Shown here: one piece after another, positions 53,830-64,000 of the stretch
How the letters are laid out: the number at the start of each line of letters is the position of its first letter
Position numbering within the stretch: position 1 is the first letter of the stretch
NCBI GenBank assembly: GCA_951406725.2
Contig: OX597842.1
Location: 3,348,001-3,412,000 of the forward strand
Origin: Octopus vulgaris
Lineage: Eukaryota
Direction: 5' to 3'
DNA length: 64,000 bases
Made by a program: the position numbers and the translations under genes
Notes under the pieces: generated by a model
What the model saw: only the letters and a program-made list of their open reading frames with translations
The model's database searches: none
Told to the model about the DNA's origin: nothing

Positions 53830-54500
53830 TACATACATACATACATACAAACATACTTACATACAAACATACATTCATACATACATACATGCATACATAC
53901 ATACATACACACATACATAAATACATACATACATACACACATACATACATACATACATACATACATAAATACATACATACATACATAAATACATACATAC
54001 ATACATAAATACATACATACATACATACATACATACACAAACATACATACATACACACATACATACATACACACATACACACACACACATACATACATAC
54101 ATACATACATACATACATACATACATACATACATACATACATACACACATACATACACACATACATACATACATAAATACATACATACATACATACATAC
54201 ATACACAAACATACATACATACACGCATACATACATACACATATACACACACACACATACATACATACATACATACATACATACATACATACATACATAC
54301 ATACATACATACATACATACATACACTCATACATACATACATACATACATACATACATACATACATACATACATACATACATACATACACTCATACATAC
54401 ATGCATACATACATACATACATACATACATACATACATACATACATACATACATACATACATACATACATACATGCATACATACATACATACATACATAT
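53780..54500. repeat. (ATAC)n microsatellite
   Basis: Direct observation. Confidence 0.95.
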
Positions 54501-54796
54501 GTATACTCTGTTGATGGTTTTGATGGCCAAATTGCAACTGTCACAGCTTCTGATGTTGCTTTAGAATACATTTTATTGTTTACTTTTGTTGCCGTTGATA
54601 TTGTTGTTGTTGTTGTTGTTTTTATGAACAACACCTTAGAATTATCTGTCACGTGTATAGGAAAGAAAAATGGCTGCCAAGGGCGTACGAATCTTCACAC
54701 CTATCATATTCAGTATATGGATAGACATAACCACGGCCACCATTATTACTATTTCTATTCTTATTCATATTCTTCTTCTTACTGTTATTTTTATCT

Positions 54797-54835
<39 letters not shown>

Positions 54836-54851
54836 TGTCATCATCATTATT

Positions 54852-55030
54852 AGCAGCATTTCGTCCGTCTTGAACGTTCTGAGTTCAAATTCCACCGAGG
54901 TTCGATTTTGTCTTTCATCCTTTCGGGGTCGATAAATTAAGTACCAGTTGAGTACTGGGGTCAATGTAATCGACAGCTCCCCTTCCCACACCCAAATTTT
55001 AGGCCCTCTGCCTGTAGTAGAAAGGATTAT
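54852..55030 (+). mobile_element. SINE family B (tail 2) followed by long (ATT)n/(GTA)n tract to about 55690
   Basis: GTTCTGAGTTCAAATTCC...GGGGTCGATAAATTAAGTACCAG...GTAGTAGAAAGGATTATT. Confidence 0.8.
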
Positions 55031-55041
55031 TATTATTATTA

Positions 55042-55133
<92 letters not shown>

Positions 55134-55137
55134 AGTT

Positions 55138-55170
<33 letters not shown>

Positions 55171-55179
55171 TCATTATTA

Positions 55180-55216
<37 letters not shown>

Positions 55217-55311
55217 GTTATCATTAATATTATTATTATTTTTATTATTATTATTATTATTTTTATTATTATTATTATTATTATTATTGTTATCATTAAT
55301 ATTATTATTAG

Positions 55312-55395
<84 letters not shown>

Positions 55396-55410
55396 CATTA
55401 TTATTATTAT

Positions 55411-55442
<32 letters not shown>

Positions 55443-55509
55443 TCATTATTATTATCATTAGTATTATTGTTATTGTTATTATTACTATCATCATTATTAT
55501 TATTATTAT

Positions 55510-55557
<48 letters not shown>

Positions 55558-55934
55558 CAGTAGTAGTAGTATCATTATTATTATTATCATCATTATCATT
55601 AGTATTATCATTATTATTATTACTATTATCATTTTTCTTTTTGTTCGTCTTCTTCTTATTGTTATTGTTATTATTATTATTATTACTGTTATTACCCCCG
55701 CCATCGCCATCATGTGTTATCATAAATGTGATGTGTTTCTTATTAAATAACGAGCATTGTGTGAATGCACTCCTTCGTACTGAAGCACATATTAGTGTGT
55801 ATATAATTATACGTCTATTTAATTACGTGTGTGCATATATAATTATATATATTATGGGGAAGGCGTCGCTTTAGTTTCTTCCGAAATTCATTGTTTATCA
55901 AGGCAATACAATTATATATCTATGTTATGGTGGC

Positions 55935-55978
<44 letters not shown>

Positions 55979-56322
55979 AACACACACACACACACATGCA
56001 TATATATATATACATATATATATATATACGTCATATATATATATAAATATATATATACCTACATACATATATGTACATACAGCAAAATTTAGGAACGGCC
56101 ATAATAGGCCGTTCAACCCACTAGAAATAGCAGCCAAGGCTTCAACCGCAAAACAATATTAATTCCGTAAACCAGGAGAAAATTTAAAAAACATTTACCC
56201 TGTAATACCTTATACAATGCATCGTTTCGTCTATTTTTTAATGGTAAATCAACTTGATTAAATTAAATCAATATGTACATATATATGCACACACATTTCC
56301 ATACGTCTATCTATCCCTCACT

Positions 56323-56406
<84 letters not shown>

Positions 56407-57447
56407 TGGAAGAAATGAGGTACTCAGAAATCTGGATGGTTTTATATTTACAGATATTTATTAGTATGTTACATGTTTTTATAAATCATATAACTTATAT
56501 AAGCGATATATATGCGCTTTCGTCCACTCTAGTGGAGTTGTCAAACTGAACATTTGCAGGAATTTTGTCTCTTTTTATAGTATTTTTAAGTGTGTGGGGG
56601 TGGAGAGGGATGTAAGATAGTACAAGACAAAAACCTGAAGAAACAACTAACAAGAGCGAAATTCTCATCAGAAACTAAAACCGAAGTCTTTATGAAAGAG
56701 TGATGGTAAATATGGGATCTAATTCGAATTAGGTTATGGGCAAGAAACTTTTTATCTTATATTAAACTTTTAATACTTTTTGATAGTTATATATATTTAA
56801 AAAATAAATAAATAAATAAATAAATAAATAAAAAACAAAAATAAAAATAAATATATATATATATAAATTTATAAAAATTAATTAATAATTTTAAATTTTT
56901 AAATTTAAATTTAAATAATTTAAATTTTAAATTTTGTATTTTATATATTTTGTATATTATATTAATTGTTTTTATTTCTATGTTTTGGTTTATGTCTTGC
57001 ACTGTTTGATTTGCCTAATAGTGGTTTTATCTCTAATTTAATCTATATATCTATATATATAATCTTGCAAAACAAATATATATATATAGTTATGGTATAT
57101 TCTGTTAAGAACGTAGTAGAGAATAGTATAAAGCTCGTCCGTCTTCAGGTTTCAGTCTGTGCTGTATAGTAGTAGTATTACAGGTACTTCCAGGTTTGCA
57201 TTGGGGCATCTGCCGTGTGTAAATAGAGAATTGAAAACTTTGGAGTCCACAAGAAGGGGTACGGTTAGACATTTATTTTTTAATCACTACAATTGTTTCC
57301 ACGCAACATAGTTCTCGAGGTTTGCAGGTACTTGATTACGTCTCAACTTTCCTGCATTATGAGATCTATTTGTGTTTCAGGCGATATGTAAATATTGTCT
57401 CTGTAAGTTCAAAATCCTCGTCAAGTGCATCTCTGTATGTGTGTGTG

Positions 57448-57479
<32 letters not shown>

Positions 57480-57675
57480 CAGAGAGTCAAAACTATTGAA
57501 AAGACGCAACGAAAATTTTAGGAAAATAAAAATAAGAAAAAAGTGGAAATTTTACCGGTGAGTGTGTTATATTATAGGGCATAAAAAGAAAATGACTCTC
57601 CCCAGACACAACAGAATATGCTCCAATACACGAACTTGCAAACCAAATCCAAAGACGAAATATATATATATATAT

Positions 57676-58053
57676 ACTGTTTACTCTTTTACTTTTTTAC
57701 TTGTTTCAGTCATTTGACTGCGGCCATGCTGGAGCACCGCCTTTAGTCGAGCAAATCGACCCCGGTACTTATTCTTTGTAAGCCCAGTACTTATTCTATC
57801 GGTCTCTTTTGCCGAACAGCTAAGTTACGGGGACGTAAACACACCAGCATCGGTTGTCAAGCAATGCTAGAGGGATAAACACGGATACACAAACACACAA
57901 ACACACACACACACATACATACATATATATATATACATTGGTCGACCCGGGGCTATAGCAGAAGACACTTGCCCAAGGTGCCACGCAGTGGGACTGAACC
58001 CGGAACCATGTGGTTGGTTAACAAGCTACTTACCACACAGCCACTCCTGCGCC
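57676..58053 (-). mobile_element. SINE family A with internal deletion
   Basis: Reverse complement of consensus. Confidence 0.88.
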
Positions 58054-58329
58054 TATATATATACATATATATATATTTAAATATAGAGTAGTGGTAAACA
58101 AAGCACCAATGTTTGCTGGAAATAGCAGTCGATATATTTACGACGCTATAGTAAAAATTCAATGTGCATATACTGGCAAAGGCATGTGGGGACAGTAAAC
58201 TTTTTAAATGTTGTCTTACCTCTAGGAAGAACATTATATAAATGGACAACCCAGAATCGGATAATCCAGTATATATACGCGTGTTTGTATGCATGTATGT
58301 ATATATATAGACATATTTCAAATTTTCAG

Positions 58330-58500
58330 AAAACAAAATACGAAGACAGGTGCGCGATTACCAAGCAGGTGTAATAGTTTGACGCCAGGGGAAGAATGGA
58401 AAAGTCTTCGAAGTTTCGAGCCGATGCTCTTCTACAGAAGGGATGAGAGGGTAAAAATGGAGAGAGAACAAAAAAACCGTAGAGAGAAAAATTAGTGTAG
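58330..58500 (-). mobile_element. Short hammerhead-like element family D
   Basis: Minus strand CTGTAGA-A-GAGC-ATCG-GCTC-GAAA-CTTC-GAAG at 58405-58440. Confidence 0.62.
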
Positions 58501-58502
58501 AT

Positions 58503-58551
<49 letters not shown>

Positions 58552-58590
58552 AAGATAAATAGCTAGATAGACAGACAAATAGATAGATAT

Positions 58591-58623
<33 letters not shown>

Positions 58624-58635
58624 ATGATAAATAGC

Positions 58636-58725
<90 letters not shown>

Positions 58726-59281
58726 TGCATACGTATAAGGATGCATAAATACATGTATATCTTTCTATATACTTTTTACATCGATACATATATATGTATA
58801 TATTAATGTTTATGTATTCATACGCATGTGTGTGTGTGTATAAATATATAAATGTGTGTGTGTGCCTGTGTGTATAATATATAATCGTCCGATTATATGT
58901 TATACATATATATTTTCGTCATATTTCATCGGTTCATGTTGTCGCTGGTAGGCATCTCCACCGGAAAAATAGTTGGTGTGGTCACGGTTAGAAAGTTGTT
59001 GGTCAGAGGTCTGTAAAGGTAGACATAACCTAGGGCTAAACTGCAGCAGCAGTATTTTATTTGATTTCTTTGTTGCTGTAACTATTTGGAAACCATATTA
59101 GTGTAAAATCCATTTTGAAAATTTTGTTACCAACGGAATTGCTTAAGAATTTCATAAAACGGATAGAATAATTCGGAGAATTGCTTCGGTCCGGTTAGGG
59201 GTACACCTGTCATCCTATTTCTCTCCAAAAATGGTTTTTCAACTCATTATTTCCAAGCTGTCATTTATAGCTTTCGGTCAA

Positions 59282-59595
59282 GGCGGCAAGCTGGCAGACA
59301 CGTTAGCACGCAGGGCGAAAAGCGTAGCCGTATTTCGTCTGTCTTTATGTTCTGAGTTCAAATTCCGCCGAGGTCAACTTTGCCTTTCATCCTTTCGGGG
59401 TCGATTAAATAAGTACTAGTTACGCACTGGCGTTGATGTAATCGACTTAATCCGTTTGTCTGTCCTTGTTTGTCCTCTCTGTGTTTAGCCCCCTGTGGGT
59501 AGTAAAGAAATAGGTATTTCGTCTGCTGCGAAGTTTTGAGTTCAAATCCCGCCGAGATCAACTTCACCTTTCACCCTTGCGGGCTCGATAAAATA
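59282..59595 (+). mobile_element. SINE family B, full length (tail 1) plus partial second unit
   Basis: GGCGGCAAGCTGGCAGACACGTTAGCAC head, B-box GAGTTCAAATTCC, tail TTAGCCCCCTGTGGGTAGTAAAGAAAT; partial repeat 59513-59595. Confidence 0.85.
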
Positions 59596-59697
59596 AATAC
59601 ATATAGACATCTACAAAAACAAGTATATACATATATACATATGTGAGCGTATATATGTAACTTATACACACACACATATATATATATACCGTCCCCC

Positions 59698-59747
<50 letters not shown>

Positions 59748-59754
59748 ATATATA

Positions 59755-59789
<35 letters not shown>

Positions 59790-59821
59790 ATATATATGTA
59801 TGTATATATATATATATAGAG

Positions 59822-59871
<50 letters not shown>

Positions 59872-59873
59872 TC

Positions 59874-59905
<32 letters not shown>

Positions 59906-60653
59906 GGATAGAAAGATAGATAGATGCATACGTACATACATACCATGACACATTCATGCTTATTTCCAAACCTAGGTATATACATACACACAAATACATA
60001 TGCATATAGGTAAACAACAGACAGACATATGCACACACACACGCGCGCACACACATACGCAGACACACAGACAGACGTATCTATTTATCCATATATTCAC
60101 ACACACACAAGCATATACATACATACGTCCTCACGTACGTACACGCAGACGCACTTGTACTCTATTACTTTATCCCTTCACCGCTTTACGCTACGCACGT
60201 ACGTGCTGCCATCCTTTTCAAAGACCTCCTTACCTCTTTTTTCTCTTTTTTCTCCCTGCTCCTCCTCTTGGCGACTATTTCGAGACCGAGGCCGCAATTA
60301 TGTGCCCCTCGTTGAGACATTCTCAGCTTCTTTGATGTCCCCCTTCGTCTCCTCCTGTCTTCTAAACTAACTTAGATATTCCGACTTTACCGTAGAGTTC
60401 TCTTGATCAGTTTTCACAGAAGCACCCTTAAAATTCTCGTTGATACTTTTAATGTCGGCGACAAACAAATTTTGTACACCTCCCTTCTCCACCCATCACA
60501 CCCCCTCTACATTCACATTCCCAGCCACTCATTCTCCCACCCACCCCCGCCACATCTATACCGCCATTTTGCTTGGAACAATTAACCAAAGAGAAAAGAG
60601 TCTTGTTATTTGCGCTGGCGTTGTTATAATGCCGCGTTGAGTTCAGAGTTATG

Positions 60654-60693
<40 letters not shown>

Positions 60694-60801
60694 TGTGTAT
60701 GTGTGTGTGTATGTGTATGTGTATATGTGTGTGTGTGTATGTGTGCGTGTGTGATCCTCTGTTTCTTTTACACTAATATCATTATCATTGCCAATCATAA
60801 A

Positions 60802-60812
60802 TATCATCATCG

Positions 60813-60843
<31 letters not shown>

Positions 60844-60877
60844 TATCATCACCATCATCATCGTCATCATCATCATC

Positions 60878-60908
<31 letters not shown>

Positions 60909-60915
60909 CCATCAC

Positions 60916-60950
<35 letters not shown>

Positions 60951-61063
60951 CCATCATCATCACCATCATGATCATCATCATTATCCTCATCACCATCATC
61001 ATCATCATCATCATCACCATCATCACCATCATCATCACCATCATCATCATCATCAACATTATC

Positions 61064-61094
<31 letters not shown>

Positions 61095-61110
61095 GCAGCA
61101 GCAGCAGCAC
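60802..61110. repeat. (CAT)n microsatellite
   Basis: Direct observation; source of poly-His ORF. Confidence 0.95.
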
Positions 61111-61464
61111 CATCTTCCTCTTTTTTTTCATCTGCTCAACATTTTTTCTTCCTCCCGATCTCGTTTTTTCCTTCCTCATATTCTTCTTCTTTTCCTCCCC
61201 TACTCCTCTATTCCTTCTCCTCCTCCTCTCCTCCTTCTCCTCTCCTTCTCCTCCTCCTCTCCTGCTTCTCCTCCTCCTTCATAGTTTTCTTTATGTTGCT
61301 GTTGTTGTTATTGTTCTCCCCCCGACAAACACACAGGGACGCTGAAGAAAACTGAAAACAAAATACCAATGACGTCATATAAACAACTACACCAATGCAC
61401 TCACATGTACGCATGCTTAGAGACATACATATACACTCGTGTATATATCATACACACATGATAT

Positions 61465-61547
61465 AGGCGTGGCTGGGTGGTAAGAAACTTGTTTACCAAC
61501 AACATGGTTCCGGGTTCAAGAAACTGAAAGAAGCCCGTCGTACACAT

Positions 61548-61603
<56 letters not shown>

Positions 61604-61808
61604 TCATATATATATATATATGTACGTGTATGTTAGTGCGTCTGTGGTGTTTGTTACCCACCATTGTTTGGCACCCGATGTTGGTGTATTTACGTCCTCT
61701 TCACTTAGAGACCAAAAGGCTTACAAAGAATAAGTCGTGGGGTCGATTTGTTCGACTAAAGGCGGTGCTCCTGCATGGCCGCAGTCAAATGACTGAAACA
61801 AATAACAG
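61465..61808 (+). mobile_element. SINE family A with deletions
   Basis: Head and tail match consensus. Confidence 0.8.
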
Positions 61809-61954
61809 AATATATATTTATACACACACACACACATACATACATACATACATACATACATACATACATACATACACATGCATGCATATGATATATATAT
61901 ATATATGTATGTATATGCATTTAATATATATATGTATATATATGTATATATATC

Positions 61955-62141
<187 letters not shown>

Positions 62142-62500
62142 GTATGTATATATAACATATTTGACGTCATGTTTACACTAGCTGCACCTATTAGCTTGAC
62201 CCCTGTCTGGAGCCTAGGGCCACGCCCTCCGGCTTCTTATTTGTATCTCCGTTCCTATCGCTGTTCCCATTTGCTTTATCTCCTTATCATGTCTAGCTGG
62301 CTGTCAATTATATACACATATTCTCGCACGCGCGCACACAAATATGTGTACATGTACATTTATAAGCATGGTTATCTTTGTGTACATGCATATATACATA
62401 TATAAATATATATATATGTATATATTATGTATATATATATTATATATATACACACACACAAATATATACATTTATATATATATAGTATATATATATATAT

Positions 62501-62551
62501 AGTATAGAAGCCATCTTATCATGGCTAACCACATAAGATGGCTTCTATACT
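62501..62551. repeat. Perfect 19-bp hairpin
   Basis: AGTATAGAAGCCATCTTAT / ATAAGATGGCTTCTATACT, 13-nt loop. Confidence 0.8.
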
Positions 62552-62634
62552 TTACTTTATCGAGCGATTAGTTTCAATCTCATTCTGAGATTTAATTATG
62601 CCTATATATATATATATATATACACGCATAGATG

Positions 62635-62682
<48 letters not shown>

Positions 62683-62917
62683 AAGAAATATATAGAGAGA
62701 GACACATACTCATGTGAGTTACATACGTCTGAATATATATGTATGTATATATGCATATGTGTGTGTGTGTATCTGTGTTTTAAAAGTATCTCTTGATCTA
62801 TACATGCCTTCTATCTATATCTATCTAAATCTATCTATTTATCTGTTTATGAATCTATCTATCTATCTATCTCTATATATAATAAGTATACATTTATATA
62901 TATATACATATATATAT

Positions 62918-62993
<76 letters not shown>

Positions 62994-63187
62994 GTTTACC
63001 TACCTATCTTTATCAATTTATGTATCTATCTATATCTTAACCCCTAGGCTCTGAGTTGAAATTCCTGGGCTGTTGATTTGCCCTTTATCTCTCGGGGTCG
63101 ATAAAATATGTACCAGTTGAACCCTGCGGTCAATATAATCGGCTTACTTCCACTCTATAAAATTTCTGGCTCTGTGCCGAAACTAAC

Positions 63188-63472
63188 AAAAATTGCCATA
63201 TTTTTCAATATACAACTTTAATTTTTCGCATAAAAATTTACAGTAAAGATTTTATGCCAACATATCATGGCAGTTCTGAGATTTAACCCCAGGAGACATC
63301 GTCTCCAGCTGGCTATACGACACGATTTGTGTCCTTATATTTTCGAACATATAAGGACACAGATCATGTCGTATAGCCCGCTGGAGATGATGTTATGTTG
63401 GCAAACAATCTTTACACCAAAGTACTGTTGCTGAATTATCTCACGTTGTGAGAAATAAAAATAGTAATTTTC
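63188..63472. mobile_element. Palindromic MITE-like foldback
   Basis: Core hairpin 63296-63393 (ACATCGTCTCCAGC...GTGTCCTTATAT / ATATAAGGACAC...GCTGGAGATGATGT) with outer arms 63243-63264 / 63394-63415. Confidence 0.72.
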
Positions 63473-63751
63473 TAAAAATTTACAGCCAAAAACTTAAGTC
63501 GACTAACAAACGAGGTTGAATTTGAAAGCCCCAAAAGTCCTTATGAAATGGAACAGGGTTTGCAAAGATAGCGACGATGTTTAAATGTTTACACTACATT
63601 TTTAAAACTATGTCCTACTTTGACTTGTATGCCGGTAATACGGTTTATATGTGCAAAATCCGCTTTTGGATGTGTTTTTTTCAATAAGTTAGTGGGACTT
63701 CGAAACGAAATCTATTTTTCAATGTGTTCAATTATTCAGTTATTATTGACA

Positions 63752-63902
63752 GGCTGTTTGGTAAAAAGTTTGTTTCCTAACCACGTGGTTCTGGGTTCAG
63801 TCCCACAGCAGGGAACCTTGGGTAAGTGTCTTCTACTATAGCCTCGAACCGACCAAAACCGTGTGAGAGAATTTGGTACATGGAAACTGAAAGAAGTCCG
63901 TC
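63752..63902 (+). mobile_element. SINE family A, 5' half
   Basis: GGTTCAGTCCCAC...GTGTCTTCTACTATAGCCTCG...GGAAACTGAAAGAAG. Confidence 0.75.
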
Positions 63903-64000
63903 ACACACATACACAGACATGTATACATATATATATAGATGAGTGTATTTTTCCCTTGTACTTATTCCTTTAGAATAATATCAGTGATATCTTCGAAACA

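Noticed and set aside
56620-56700. NLKKQLTRAKF peptide resembling the Penelope linker before GIY-YIG
   Set aside because: Too short, with no adjacent RT or endonuclease motifs.

Overview
AT-rich, microsatellite-saturated animal DNA with no recognisable host protein-coding exon. The tRNA-derived CORE-type SINE families are most consistent with an octopus/cephalopod genome (inferred from repeat content). Nearly all ORFs in the track are translations of simple repeats. The real content is a transposon graveyard: about 20 copies or fragments of one tRNA-CORE SINE, three other SINE families, a DD41D and a Tc1 DNA transposon, a Chapaev3-like element, several R4/Dong-like RLE retrotransposons in (TAA)n tracts, CR1-group, RTE and HERO-like LINE 3' ends, MITE/foldback elements and minisatellites. 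The most notable signal is RNA structure. More than ten minimal type I hammerhead ribozyme motifs (four with intact cores) lie mostly in short Penelope-like elements within (TA)n. At 14176-14287, in the 3' UTR of a HERO-like element, a complete hammerhead core has its strands in a non-circularly permuted, pseudoknotted order. All pairings were read by eye; no searches or folding were run.
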